From: Ascidiella aspersa
Taxonomy: Eukaryota
DNA: 64,000 nt
NCBI GenBank assembly: GCA_963924565.1
Contig: OZ004614.1
Coordinates: 3,472,001 to 3,536,000 of the forward strand
Direction: 5' to 3'
Shown: piece after piece, positions 1-14,887 of the stretch
How the letters are laid out: every line of letters starts with the position of its first letter
Position numbering within the stretch: the first letter of the stretch is position 1
Position numbers and translations under genes: made by a program
Notes under the pieces: model-generated
Database searches by the model: none
Told to the model about the DNA's origin: nothing
Seen by the model: only the letters and a program-made list of their open reading frames with translations

Positions 1-1283
1 TTCCAAAGGTGTAACACGCTTTTTTATAATACATCAAATTAGCGGAAAAACAACCAAGTCCAGCTTAGGTCGCACTGAACTAATTGCAATGTCCCAAGTA
101 CCAGTTAGCTTGCACAAATACTAGCAAAAATAATAAAATATTAAGAAATTTAATACGTCGAAAAGTAAAAGTAATTTGATTTTCATTTGTACAAAAGAAC
201 TTGTTGCGCATACATCTCAAAAATCACTCTAGGGCTTTAAACATCACTGTTGAAATCAATTATGCTGATTCGCGATGCTGTCAGTCCTACGTTAGGTGCC
301 CGGTAGGACCGTGGTTAGGGAAATTATTTTTAAATGTCAACATCGATTTTGTCGAATTTCTTTGTAAATCGAACGAAATTGAGGTTTAACGAATGACACA
401 GCATGTCGATACAATCACAAAGCAATGCTTGTAAAGCGTTTTTAATTTTATTTTTTTTAAAACCGTTAGAAGGTATGTGGACGTAGAATAAATACCAAAG
501 CTCATACAGAAATAATGAGCATTTAGTGACCGTTTTGGATAAATCTTCCAATAAAGGTTGGAGGTTGTAGTAAGACTCACAATGAATATCAAACCCATAA
601 GGAAGTAGGTAGCACTTTGTGAACGTTTCGAATAAGTCTTAAGATAATGGCTGTTGGTTGTATTAAGACGTAGAATGAATATCAAAGCCCTGAAAGCAAC
701 TTTTATGGCAGAAATCGTTACAATTTAAAGCAGGGGTTGCTGAGTTTTTTCAGGGTTGCACACAATTTTACGAAAAAATTCAAATAAATTCGAAGACTTT
801 TCAAAGAAAATTTATAGCCTTCCAAAGACCTAAAATTGTAAGAACCCTTGATGGTTTAAAATACAAAACAAATTAAATACCTCGAGCAACACAATTAAAA
901 AAACTTTTCTAATATCATTTCAGACAGTACTGTTAAAACACATACCTTAAGCCGGAAAAAAAATAATTTTAAAGACTATTAAAAAAATGGGTTTATTAAA
1001 GACTTAAAAATATATATATATATATATATATTTTCTCAAAATATTTTAAACTTTTTAGATTTAAAAGACTTGAAAATATTTAAAAAATTGTGGCAACCCT
1101 GTTTTTAGCTTAGCGAGCCGACCCATCCTATGTCAAAATATTATGTAAGTCAATTCATAGACATTCAAAGTTTAAGCTTTCAAAGATTTCGACTTTTGTG
1201 ACAACCCAAAGACTTTGTGACAACACTGTTTTTTAGCAAAGCGAGCCTCAAAATCCACATATTTTTTGTTGTATTTAACTTAC

Positions 1284-4200
1284 CCATCCTGTGCAGCTAA
1301 TCCTCTGCAGTCCAGTTCGTTTTCCCTGGTAATGTCGATCGTCCACCGCCTTCTTGCTACGAACCGCGTCCATCATAAACACAAGGCTGTTGATCAGCAT
1401 GAAAACTATCAGCGCGATCAGGTAATACTGGATGCCTTTGAACCTGTGCAAAAGAATAGGGTTGGGGGTAATTTTTTTTATTTAGTATGTGTGGATGGAT
1501 TTCTGATTACAGTGGTTCACAAACTGGGGGGCGAGTGAGGTTCACAAGAGGGCTCGAGAAATTGACAAACTCTGTATATGAATTATGACCAAACTGTAAG
1601 GCGAAGTGATATTTCCCTGCTACTAATACTCGAAGTAAACATTTGGTATCCAAATAACAGTTACAATCTGGAAATAAATTGCTGCTCTGCTTTATGTTTT
1701 TTGATTTCGAAACAAGGTGGGGCGTGAGTTTTGTTAAAACTGTAAAAGGGGGGCGTGTCTTAAAAAGTTTAAGAACCACTGGTTTAAACTGTGGTTATAT
1801 TTCGTTTTTTTTTCATTTACGTAACCAAATTTAAGGTGGATATACAGCAATCCACGTATAGGGGCGCCATGTAATTCATCCATACACAATACATGGTTGG
1901 AAAGTATTCCTCCGAATTTGGTACTGCGCTTGCGCACGTAGGACTCGTGAAAATCCGACTCTAGCAAAACTTCGTCTAGTCACGAGTCCTGAGTCCGACT
2001 CCACAGCTGCTTATTACCTACATTATTTTTTACCTATTTTCAATATTCAGTTAGATAATAAAGCTGCGAAATTACGCCTTGTTAAAATTTGCTTAAACCT
2101 CATTGACTTGAGTAAAGCCCGGAAGGCCGTGGTATTACGTAGCCAGGTTATAAAGTAAACTGTGACTTCAGACAATCTTCCAGAGTCTAGCATTGCGCCA
2201 TCAAACACATAACGGCGTTACTATCAAATATTACGCCATGTCAGTGAAATTATTGGCCAAAGCGTCCGTTTTTCATAAACTCGGCACAACTTTGTGCTGA
2301 GTTAGCACAAAAACCCGTTTATTAAGTGTATTTTCAAATTAAAAGGTCCATGTCAAATTGAAAGAAACTAAATGTATCAATGTATGTAAAAAGATACTTT
2401 GGAGCTTAATGCTTGGAGATTGTAGTAAGACGTAGTAAGAATTTCAAAGTCCACGTACAGATCGGCTTTGATATATTTACTTCGTATGTAAAACTACTTT
2501 TATAAAACATAATTTTTAAAAGAACGGTTCGGCTTTACGTTTTATACACATTTCAGTCACTTGAAGTTAAAAACGAGCAACGTAGCACTATGCGAAGAAG
2601 TACTACTCAAAGCATTATGATTTATATAAATAAAAACTTATTGGCGTTATAGCAGCATTCTTCGGTGTTGTTAACCTTTAAATAAGGCGTCGCAGTTAAC
2701 AAAGCAATATGCACATTAGAAACAATGCATTTTCAGACTGTAAAGTTCAGATTAAACACAGCGCAAATGCCCTCAAGACAAGCAGACCTATACTTAAAGT
2801 CAAACGCGGCTAAAGCGTGCGACTTAGTTAAACTAATTTGCATCGACTAAAGTTCAGTTCCAGTGCTTTGTTGTGGCATTGAATTCCTAGTATTCAACAG
2901 CAAAAACTGCACATGTTGCCTTTATGAAACAACCACATCTTAATCGCACAAAACATTATTTTCTGTTAAGTTTAAACGCACTGGCAACAAACTTGTATAT
3001 GTAAACGTGTTTTAGCTTTTCCGGGTAGAAATGAACTAAATTTACCGGACTCGCGAAATTAAACAGAAATCTAATCTAATCAATGTAAAACCCATTTGGT
3101 AAAAATTGGAAAAAAACAAAAAAGATGTTGGAATAGTACAAGCATGATAGACTCCTAACTTTGAATATGCGCTAAACTGACAACAATTTTTTGCCTATTG
3201 TTTATAGCCGTTTAAAGGACCTTTCTTTTTTTATTTTGGCATTTTCAGACAATACATTTCTTGCCAATTAGTAGGCATTTTTTCACCGTTAACCGTATTT
3301 TCGCGTTTGATTTTTTTTTTAATTAGAAAATTGTTTTCCTCGCAATTTTTCAACGTGGGTACATTTCTTATAATGATTATTAAAAAAATATTTAAAAAAA
3401 ATCAAATTTATAATTGATACAATGCCTCGGTTGTTGTAGAACACAACTGCAAGCTATGCGTGTGCTTAATATATTAAAGAGAGCTGAGTATACAATCCTT
3501 TAAGCCATGTTGATGTCCCATGAACAACGTACCATCAGCAACTCCGACCAGTAAACGTGATCGTATGTCTGGGCGAACTGCGCCGATGCTATCTGTGGTT
3601 ACGAGATATCTACAACAACTTCAAGCTATACGAGTGCTGAATATATACGCTCTATACAAAGTCACGTTGAAGCGAAGAAATCACCATGTTGCCTCCCACA
3701 TATCTATAAAGATAACCTTATGCTTCGCCGTCAAGACATAGGAATCCGTAAAAGCGGCCTATGGCCCAAATATGGCCGGCTCTAAATTCAGTCGGCCTTC
3801 TTTTAGTGGCCCTAAACACTATTTCTCAATATCAACCTTCTCTGCTGGGCCAAATGTTTCTTAAGCCATTAGTCGCGACTCAAAATTGTGTGAAAGATAA
3901 ATTTGGTTTGGTCGCCGACTGCAGTAGTTCAGATTATTAGATTTATTGATATTGTTTCTTAGAGAGATTTATTCAGAATTTGAAAAATGGCGGAAGAAGA
4001 ATGTTTCTCAACATATGGGTCGCGACCCAAAATTGTGTCGCAGTTTGATTTGGTTGCGTCGCCGAAAGCAGTAGTTTTTATGGTTAGATTTTAATGAGAT
4101 TAGTTTTGAGCGAGATTTCTTCAAAATTCGAAAAAATGGCGGAAGAAATACGAAGGCATGGCCCATATCAATTCAATTCGAACCCATTTCTGTTCTATTT

Positions 4201-7200
4201 CGTTCGATTTCAAAATGTCCAGTAAAGAAAACTGTTGGGTCGCCAAATCTTCGCTGTTATTTATAGGCTACTTAAACGCTTAGAGTTACGGTCGCCGCGA
4301 AATAAATGTTGAGGAACACTGGCTTAAGGTCACATTAAAGCGAAAAATTACTGTGAAAAAAGCTAGATAAAAGTCTGTCGTTTTTTAAAGGGCTCTGTAA
4401 ACTGGTGGTTTAAGACAACAAGCAGTGAAACAGAAAAACAAGTAAAATTTGGGAATCGCTTTAGTCTGTTGTTTAAAAATGTTTTAAATACTCAATAAAA
4501 TACCCATTAATAACCTTACAGTCACTTTTTAAGAAAAGTTTGTATTGAAATAGCCCTAATGGCAGTGGATTTCAATTTTATAACACCCTCTTTCCTAAAT
4601 ACAAGAAAACAAAAACCTCACACATAATAGTGTCAAATTCAATGGCGCGCGGCCAAGCAGAACCAGAGCAATTAAGTAAACCTACATTACAAAACCTTTA
4701 ATCCAATCAGGGGCGGATACGTATATTCAAACGTAAACAAACAGTGGTTTTAGCGGGAAACTCAAAAAAGGAGTTGGCAGTTCAATAAAATATTATAATG
4801 TCATGGCGAAAGGCATGGGCTAAAGCAGGGATGTCCAACATTTTATTATAGTGGGCGGCATTGATACTTGAAATAATTTAATGGGCCGCAGAACCTATTA
4901 AGTTTCAAAATTAAGTATTGGCCTTTAGAGTTATGTATATATATTTTTACCCATACTATACTATTAGTGCGCCCCTAAAAGATGACTGGTACATTTTAAT
5001 TAGGCTAATATTGAACGTTTAAAATACTACTTGGGAGTGGAAATGACTAGCAGGCCGCACATAGGCCCGCGGGTTGCAGGTTGGACATCCCTGGGCTAAA
5101 GGTTTAACTAGTAACGCATTGTAAATTGTCTGGCAAGATTTCGTCTCAAACTTCGCATTGGCCGAAAGACAGTTTCCAACGCGTAGGAGAAAAACACTCC
5201 AATGTGTGGTTTGGTTGCCTGGCGAATCGAATATACAGCACTCAGCCAGATATAGATAAAAAGCTTGATAAGCTTGGAAGCAGCACTTTGAGAAAAAATG
5301 TACACTCCGCTATTGGTCTAACGCATCTTAAACATTTTTTGACAAGCGATTTACTTTAAATCAGGCGATTGTTGTTGTAAGTAACTATGGCCCATTTTGT
5401 AACTTTTTATCGGTTAATTCTCTCTTCAGAAAACAACGTGAATAAGAAGCTGCATTTTGCAAAAAAAGTCACTGTTTTTTTACAACTTTAGCCCAATATA
5501 AATTTTCCAAACCGTATACATAAATCGAGAAAGCGCTCGCTTAAATTATAATGTGTAAACCAGGCCTGTGCCTTTACAGTATAAGTTGTTGCCGTCATTG
5601 TACATCAAAATTCGGATAAATTGAATGTCTACTTTTAAGAGCCACTCAGTATGTTTTTAACGCTTTTGAGCTTGAGTAGAAGTTTTTGTCAAACATTTTT
5701 TTCTACCAAATTCTTACACCAATACTGCTCTTCATAGTGAAAAAAATTTAAAAAATTAGATGAAATAGAAAGATTTCAGCCCTTTGTGAATCAAATATAA
5801 ATTTGCCAAACCTTCTACAGCAGCCAGGGGTTCTTAATTTTTTTACCACGGACCCTTGAATTGTTTTTTTGCTCGCGTGGACCATGGTAGGCGAGAATTT
5901 TTTTAGATGACGTCATAAATTGACGTAAAAATACAAATAACCTTCAGAAATCTGCTGACTTCTGTTCAAAAAATGTGTAAGTGAAACGAAAGTCGAAATA
6001 CATAAATTGATTACTCAAACATACACCAACATTTAACTTAGGAACCCTACAACTGGTTTACGGTCACCCAAGAGCTCCATGGACCCCAGTTTCAAAACCC
6101 CTGATTTGCACAAATCGAGAAAAGCGTTCGTTTTGGAAATGAAATATGTGAAGAACGCCCGGGCGCCCTTACAAAATCACTTGTTTTCGTTGATTGGACG
6201 CTTATCAAAAGCTGTCGGAGTGTCGCATTGTTTCGGGCAAGTGAACAATAAGGAGCCGACGAACTGACAGGTGTAATTTTTCAATCAAAACAAACAACGG
6301 ACAACTGAATGCTGAGAGACACTTGGGGGTGATTCAATGACGTTTTAAAACGCACTTGTATTACCAGCAGTCAATGTGACTAAAATCTAATCAAACCTTA
6401 TTTATAAAAGGTGGGACGCATTTCTTATCATTCGGAGTCTTATAAGTGAAGCTTGAATAGATTTTAGTCACATTACCTTGTGATGATACGAGTCCATATA
6501 GAAACGTCTACATTTAGATGGTGTCTGTTTACTCCGCCATTGAACTTTGACGTTTATTTTATATTTTAGTTTTTACAAGTCATTTTAAACGGTTTAGAAG
6601 GTTCAAAGGGAAAACCAGAAACTATTCGGACACAGCAATTAGTGTCAAATAAGTAAATAAAACCCAGTGTTCATTTCCCCCAGTGGTCGGCAAACTTTTT
6701 TTGTCGCGGCCCAAAGTCGCTTTTCAGAGCTATTGAAAGCCCACTGCGTAAACCACTACGAAAACAGTTGCGGATTTAGGATATTTGATTTAAAGGTGAA
6801 ATATAACACGGCGGCGCCTTGGTGCCCAAATCACTGGCATATCATAATGTAAAACATACGATAAAACAAAGAATATAAGGGCGAAGCGCAAAAATTTTTC
6901 AATTGCATTCAGTTTAAGTTGGCACAAAATATAGTTCGACAAGCTCCCAGAACCACATTTGGCACGTGGGCCTTTCCAAGCTGAGCAGATTTAAAAATTC
7001 TTAGCCACACGAACTTATAAAGTGCAATGAATGTACGACTATCACGCGGCCCACAACTACATTATAACACTAAGCTATTCAAAAGTAACTCGCGGCCCAC
7101 AGTTTGCCAACCACTGATTTACCCCTTGTCCTGTTAAATGTTCGTTAAGGTTTAAACCAAGTAAAGGTTAAGCGACATTCGTAGTTCAGTTTGCCCTACA

Positions 7201-10200
7201 AACATGAGGTTGTCCCGTGTAAATAAATACACGCCCACAAAGAACGTTACTGCAGCAAGTGTTTGTTTTAGTAAACATAAGGACTGGATACGAATAAGTA
7301 AATATAGTCATTGTGAAAGATGACCACACCTTGCCGTTTTTGGAATATGACCACATTTGAATTGTCACTGTTGCAAAAAACGCAATTTTTGCTCATGTGA
7401 CTTCAAAACACTTCTTTCAAAATCAGCGTAAAATAACTCTGGGGTCTCAAGCAGGGTACGTGTAACCCCAGGGTTCGCGAGAGAAATTACGGGGTATGCA
7501 AGCAAGTTAATTTTACTGGCACTGTCACGATTTTATTTTTTTTTACCAATATTTTTTCAATGCGTTATTGTTACTAGAAAGATTATTGTGCTTGGTAAGC
7601 ATTGTGCTCACTATAAAATATTTATTTTTTACTATGCTTTCCAAATACTACTAAGGTTACTTTTTTAATGCGTTATACTAGTAAGGTTAAAAACTACAAG
7701 AGAAATGGCTATCAAACATGTGACTTTATAATAATTAAAACCAGCTTCTCTGGTAATTGTAATTGTTAACCAAAAAAAAAACTAAAACTGCCGCGAAAAT
7801 CCGCTATTTTTTGCAACTTACACTTGTGGAACGAGGTTTCCTCTGAGTCTTTGGTTAATTAGCTCCCATTGGTGGCTCTGTGGGTTAATCCAGTATTCAG
7901 GGGGAGGGTCTACGGCTGGGTTGCCGTTGCCTGGTGAGCAAAGAAAAGTGGTGGTTAAATGACTAGTAAAACTTTTTTTTCTATTTTAGTTGTTATTATT
8001 TGGAGCATATAGTAGCTGGAGGTTGTGGTAGTAAGATGTAGTAAGAATGTCAAATCCCATACAGAAGTAGGTATCATTTTGAACGTTTGGAATAGTTGTT
8101 GATGCTAAAAATGAATAAAAAATAATTTGAAACGTTCAGAATGCTAACTACTTCTGCATGGGCCTTGATATTCTTACTATAGATGTTACTCTCTTTGTAG
8201 TGTTTTTTCTTTCAATAATTTAGTATTTTCTTACGATTTATTTGTGTATTTTTTTAGAGATTTTTTGTTTTCTTCTTTTTAGCGTTTTTATTATTACAAA
8301 TTTTAAAACATTTTTACTCTGTGGCTTTATCAAGCAAAGATTTGCAGAAAATTTAGATAAAGCGTCAATGCCTCTATACGCAATGGATTTCTTCCAAAAT
8401 ACCAGAAGAAACAGACAATCTTATGAAAACTGTCAGCCTTAACGTTTTCATTGTCTATAATTCCATCGCAGCGTAAACTGTTCTTGAGATCAGTAAGTGA
8501 CTGTGCAAATATGGGGTAATCAAGTGGCACTATATAAAGACAAGATGTATTAAAATAGTGAAAGCTTTTGCACAACCGTGCTTTATCAGGTCAAAGTAGA
8601 AAATCCGGAAATACAGTTTCCTTTAGACGTCAATCTTTTTACGCTTGTAACACTATAAAGTCATTTATTGCATTGAAATTGCCGATTATGCTGAAATTCC
8701 AATACAGTAAAACGTGCACATTTAAGAACACGCGTTTTACATTCGTGAGGTAAATACAATGCGGGTGCTCGCGCCCAACTGAATAATGGGGCCAGTTTTC
8801 ATGGCCGCAACTAAGTCGGCCTGGCTCCCTTTTTAAACCTATTTCCGGGCTATTTCTCTCGATTAATTTCACATCTATTTCTTAAATACACGCAATTATC
8901 CACTCTTCAATTTCGTGTTAGCGCCATATGTGTATTAAGCGATTTTCTATCATTTTTGGCAAAAAAAAAAAACCTTTTTAAAAAGGAGCCGGCCGTTTTG
9001 TGAGGGACCAAAAGGGCTTTAATAATGCATGAAGACCGCGTGCAATAGGAGTACAGCTGAAAAGGAATTCGACAAGTTGTGGGGAACAGGTTCAACCTTA
9101 AACTGTTTTTTTTGTAGACGTATAGTAAGAATATTAAAGCCCCTATAAAAGTAACATGATGTTGAAAATAAATAATTAAGTAATCGAAACGTTTCTACTT
9201 CTATATGGGCTTTATATTCTTCCAACGTCAAACTTAAACCAAGGTTAAAGATGTTAAAAATGTATAAAGAAATTTTCGAAACGTTTAAAATGCTTCCTAC
9301 TTCTATATGGGCTTTAATGTTGCTACTACGTCTCACTACAACCTTCAACGATTATGCTCAATAGCTTTGGCATAAGTGTCTAATATTTTTGTTATATTTT
9401 AGAAGAAACCTGTGCAAAACAGTTTGTTAATGTTGGTTAAGTACCGCGATTGGTGAAGCGCTTAACAAAATCTTAAAATTTGGCTTAAGGAAAACAAAAA
9501 TAAAGAAAGTGCCACGAAATCGGTAAAAACTCAAGTTCCAAAAAATAGTGTTGGTAATCATTTAAATCAAATATTTGACGAAATTCCATGTTATACTTGA
9601 GGTGAGCGATCACTTGGGACGGCAATAAAAACACCATTCATTTTAGCAAGTTAAAAAAGGTTTAACACACTCGACAAATGCGGTAAATAAGTGACTTCCA
9701 GAAGTAAGATATAGATTTTCAGTAATTTAATTAGGATAATTCACATTTGTCATACTCAGTAAATTAGAGCCGCTAACGCATATGACTAACTCGTTAATTA
9801 AAAATAGAGAAATCAGGTGGCACTGTATAAAGACAAATTGTATTTGATTCTCGACAAGCTTTCGCACAACCGTGCTTTCATCGGGCCCTATCTATAGGGA
9901 TGTCCGATAATATCGGATCGGAGCCGATACCCGATGCCAAGTGAAAGTAGTAAAGTATCGTTTTCCATCCGATACTAGAGTGGTATCGGTGCCGATACAA
10001 AATAAATCATTATATTAATCTCGATTTTTCGTTTTGGCCAACAATATTATAATATACATTTCCAGTAATGCTTTTGAAAATCTGTTAAAGAGATTCATAT
10101 TGTGGTTTCTAAAACGCTATAAATGAACACCACGGTCCACGAACATCGCTGACACTTAAATGCTTCCACTAAAACGTTCAGGACGAACAACAGGCGCGGT

Positions 10201-13200
10201 TTAAAACGCGTTCCCGTCGCGAATAACTTCCTGACTGTGCTCCTGTTCAGGGGGTAATGCGATAGGGACATGGGGTGCAAATACGTCACTTGATGACGTG
10301 TCAAGTTACGCTTTTTGACACTTCGCTGCCAGGCTGCGTTTTTTTATGAGGGTCATATATTTTGATGTTGAATATCAATCTTACATTTTGGTGCATAATG
10401 GTTGGAGGTTGTAGTAAGACGTAATAAGAATATAAAAGCCACTTCAGAAGTACAGGTATCATTTTAAACGTTTCGAATAAATCTTTATTGAAAATGAAAG
10501 AGTTATTCGAAACGTTCAAAAATTTACCTACTTCTGTATGGGCTTGATATTTTTATTAAACCATACACTGGAATATAAGCAGGTTTACACAACCTATGCA
10601 ATCAGCGACTTTCTAACTGCGTGCCGTAGCACACCCGTGTGCTTTGAGAGAGAAAAAATGTGCGGCAAAACTTTTTTCAATTGTGAAAAATAACTTTTTC
10701 GTATTACAATAGGCATAAAGACAAGTATGGCAGACTTGAATGCACATTGTTTATTATGTAAATAATAATAGTTCGGTGTTTATACTTAGTCTGTCATGTG
10801 TTAGGGACGGCTTTCAAGATATGATGTTATTGTTTCGTCGCAAATGTGACGCGAATAGTTTTTGACTTTCTCAATGTTGCAAGCAAGTTTAAGAACCTTA
10901 GATACTATTTGACAAAATTATGATATTCATTTACTAACGTTTCGTAAAAAAAGTTTCAATATTTCAAACGTTTGTCTTTTCCAACATTTGAAAACCGAAT
11001 TTGTTAAGATTGCTAAGACGTTATGTAGCCCGTTTATAAATGTTTCAAAGGCGCCATCCTAAGTATTTACTTTTTTACTTTTTCAACTGGCTAATGTTTT
11101 TTTTTTTTTTTAATTGGGAATACTTTTTACACCATTATTTTTTACCACTGGTGTGCCTATGGCGAATAGTAGTGTTAATTCGTTACAATAATCGCAATTT
11201 GGGTCATTTAATCGATTGTTAAGTCAACCGTTGTGTAAAAACGCATTGACCGATCGGTATTAATTCTTTAACGATTTTGTGCCCGGTTAAAACGAAAACG
11301 AACGATCTTAATAGTTGACTGGGGACTATGGTTGGTTGAACAGTTAACGAAGTATATATAAAAACTACGCACTAGTAACTAAAACGTGGTGTATTTAGAG
11401 CAGCGTTTTGCGCCATGGAAGGCTGCTAGGTGCGCCGCGAGCAATAGTAAAAACATATCAAAATAAGTAAATTAATCGGAATAAGACTTTAATGGACAAA
11501 ATAACGTTTTTAGTCTCAAAGGCTGGAAACCCCTTTAAAGATATGCAACTATAAAACCCATATAATAAAAAATGCAGGCAATTTAAGTTGAATATCAGTA
11601 AAAAAAAAACGATATTAAAAAAAACAAAAAAACTTCGCGCTCGCTTCGTTCGTAAGGTGCGCCCCCAAGTATAAAAGGTTAAGAAACACTGCTTTAGAAA
11701 AAAGTTTTCTACCATGGTTGCTTTTTGCTTTTTATCATACGTCTATTATGGTGATTAGGGATGTCCGATAATATCGGATCGGAGCCGATACCCGAAGTAA
11801 AGTGGTAGTATCTGTACTCGTCCGATAATATCGGATCGGAGCCGATACCCGATGCAAAGTGGTAGTATCTGTACTCGTTCGATACTAGGGTGGTATCGGT
11901 GCCGATCCGATCCAAAATTAGGATAAGTATTTTCCCAATGATTTACTGTTAAATGCGACAATTTCTACGTTGAAAGGTAATTAAACTATTGGATTGGCAC
12001 CAATATCAGAATAGCATCGGACGAGAACCGATACTAATACTTAACATCGGGTATCGGCTCCGAAAACAATGTTTCGAAACTTAAGAAGTCATTGACCACA
12101 AGAACTATGACTTTCACGTTGCATGGCACTTTCGTGTGGATTCTTGACAGAGCCTATATTGGTATTAACGACCCTTTAAATTAAACAAGTTCTCCTCGAA
12201 AAGGTGGTAGTAAAATATTTAAGGAGCAACGATTTACAGAAACCTGCTGTTTGCTTTCCTTTAAGCCCGATAGGTCAATGGGAACCTTTCTATATGACAG
12301 ACCATTTAAAACTGTTGCAACTAATTTCACGGTTGTCGCGATACAACGTTTTGCGATTAAGAAAAGAATGACGTTAATCGATTCTGGGCAAACCTGCAAT
12401 TATAGGACAATAACCAGTGGTTACTCCAACGCTGTCAGCAGTGGATACTGTGGCATATTGTCAATACGATTAACACAGGGGGCTGCGTCACAAAATATGT
12501 AACACAGTAATGCGAATTTTCGGCTATTTGTAGGGTTTTAGGTAACTAAACGAAACGCATACCGGGCCAAATGGTTAGAGGTTAATATTGGTTAAGTAAA
12601 AAAATCATAACCAACATAATATGGTTATTTATTTACAGATTTTTGTAAAATTTGAAAAAAAAGCAGTGCCTCCAGGTGTAATGCCGACTTTTAACAATGG
12701 TCGCTAAATGCCTTCTGCTTATCGACGTACAATCAAGTCCAAGCCCAGATAGCAGCGTTTGAAATGTCATTTTTTCATTGTTCATCGTGATAAATTGGGT
12801 GCTGGATTTGGGACCTTAGGATAGATAGCAGTTTCCATCGGCGCCCTTGCTTTACCAAAATACTGATTGAGTAGATTGAATATAATCGCCCACACAAAAG
12901 TAGGCAACATTTCGTGAACATTTCGAATAAGTCTTTATTTATTTTTAACATCATTTTTAAATAAGATTTATTCAATACATTTAAAATTATAAAAGTACAC
13001 AAAATGCAACCTACTTCTGTATGGGCTTACACACTCATTTTATACGTCGAAAAACAACCCCCATTCATTAGGCTTCAAAATAAATGCTATTATGTAACGT
13101 TAATGGCGACTTGACATATACTATCGCTTCCAAAGTCGGAAAAAATGACATGCAAATACTCGTTATACCGCTATTAAAGACTAAAACACAACCAACCTTC

Positions 13201-13326
13201 CTGTGGCCCGTATTGCTTCAAAAGTGAAAGCGTCTCGTCAAGAGCCATCCATCCAGCACCTACGAACATTGCGGTGCCCGTAAGATGCATAAGAGTCAGC
13301 ATAATCGCCGTCAAACTGCACTGCAT
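1284..13326 (-). CDS. Myelin proteolipid (PLP/DM20/M6) family tetraspan protein; 5' part only, gene continues off the left edge
   Basis: Minus-strand exons 13326-13197, 7930-7822 and 1443-1284 have GT-AG ends and matching phases (1, 2, 0). They give MQCSLTAIMLTLMHLTGTAMFVGAGWMALDETLSLLKQYGPQEG-NGNPAVDPPPEYWINPQSHQWELINQRLRGNLVPQV-FKGIQYYLIALIVFMLINSLVFMMDAVRSKKAVDDRHYQGKRTGLQRISCTGW. TM1 resembles PLP '[33 protein letters not shown]' and TM2 resembles 'FQYVIYG...LLLAEGFYTTGAV'. Confidence 0.75.
1510..1781. mobile_element. hAT-type MITE
   Basis: TIR CAGTGGTTCACAAACT / AGTTTAAGAACCACTG. Confidence 0.6.
4826..5093. mobile_element. hAT-type MITE
   Basis: TIR CAGGGATGTCCAAC / GTTGGACATCCCTG with a perfect 8-bp TSD GGCTAAAG. 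Confidence 0.9.
6681..7116. mobile_element. hAT-type MITE
   Basis: TIR CAGTGGTCGGCAAACT / AGTTTGCCAACCACTG; 8-bp TSD ATTTCCCC/ATTTACCC. Confidence 0.8.
10387..10556. mobile_element. Abundant fold-back MITE family (copies near 556-690, 2400-2480, 8000-8190, 9120-9360, 12880-13030, 16710, 25300-25428, 46770-46905, 56648-56765)
   Basis: Recurrent CATAATGGTTGGAGGTTGTAGTAAGACGTAATAAGAATATCAAAGCCCA..AGAAGTAGGTAGCATTTTGAACGTTTCGAATA followed by its reverse complement. Confidence 0.8.
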
Positions 13327-14887
13327 GGTTGCACAGTGCTATACTTCCCTACTACGTTACTTTGTTTAACTCTGTGAAGGGCCAAGACAAGACATTACGG
13401 CGCTGGTCTAGAATCCTACCACTTTTTTTACAGTAAAGAAACGAAAATTGAAATAGCAAGGAAGAAATACATATTTGAGTATAAACATAATAATAATACT
13501 TGACCCACCCAAACCCAAACGCTAACTCCCACCAAAACCCAAATAATGTTAGCAATATAAACCCCGGACGAAAATGTGTTAGAATTCCAGATAACAGTAC
13601 TACGCTCGCCCATTCAGCCGTAACAATCGCAAATGGTTACGAAGCGCGAACGCCTGGTCTTGAAAAAACAGTCTTTGTTCGACTGGCGTAAGCTCTGACG
13701 ATTTGCCACGAAGATTCCAGCAGTTACGACCGTCTGCTTTGAAACAGCTGTCCAGCTTTTGTATTTCTATATTGCTTCGTAAAGTTAAAAAACTAACTCG
13801 CAAACTGCTATTTTCGTGCTTTAAAAAGCTAGAAACTGAAAGATTAAAATATGAACTACAACTAATTGGTACACGTCTAACTATAATTTAGCTAAACAAG
13901 CTTTTGTGTCGATTTTATTCACAACACTTTTGAATTACCTAGTTAGGATGCCAACATTCGATCAATACCTGATTGCTTAATGTTTAACGAATTGCTGGGT
14001 AAGAAATCAATATATATATGTTTTCCAGTTGTTATTCACATTCTGGCAGTGATAGGTAACAACCCAACGTTAGCCTGTAGAAATTATTTCTCCCTTTGGA
14101 ATTAATGACGAAATACGAAACCCGGTCTATCGCATTAAGCTGTCAAGAAACGGAAATAATATCGTAATTAAATCCAGTTGGCATCCTACAAAAGTCAAAA
14201 TCTAACTATTATGCCCTGTTAGCGCACACTGAACAGTCGTGTAGCTAATAAAGGTTCATTAAGCTTTTCCAGTAGTTAAAATCAGTTCTAACTTACTTTC
14301 TAAATGCCTTAACTGGATAACAATAAAACAAATACACAGTTATTCAAACAATTCCAGTTGAACTACAGTTTGACTGGCATAAGTTAGAATACGGAACTAA
14401 GCTATCACGATACACAACGCTTTTCCTTTACTATCAGACATTACACTGAACAAGGTAAGGTTTTACGACATTAAAACGTCGACTTGGTGTTTGCCGACAG
14501 TTCTACGATCGCTGGGTAATTATTAACAGCCCCGAGGACTTTATATGACAAAGCTCTCAGCTTTTTGAAACTCTTTTCGTCTGACATGCGCGACCCAATC
14601 GAGCGTGACGACCGACTTTCCTTTTTTTCGTCTGACGTCATAAACAACGCTGACAGGCTTGTTAGCGCCACTTAGCGGTCCTTTGCAGACCTGTAATAAT
14701 CGGAAATAGTCGTAATAATTTTTTTATCAGTAAATAAAGTCCCTAAATGAGTTTTCCAGACTTAATGCCGCCATGGGAAGTTCTTATTTTTCATGTATAT
14801 CAATAAAAATATATATCAAGATAGCACAATTTTAAAGTTTTACTCAAATAAATAACACATAGAAAACGATTTTACGAAACAAATAAG

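Noticed and set aside
1734-1967. Extra PLP exon
   Set aside because: Exon phases are incompatible, and the 7822/1443 junction already fits.
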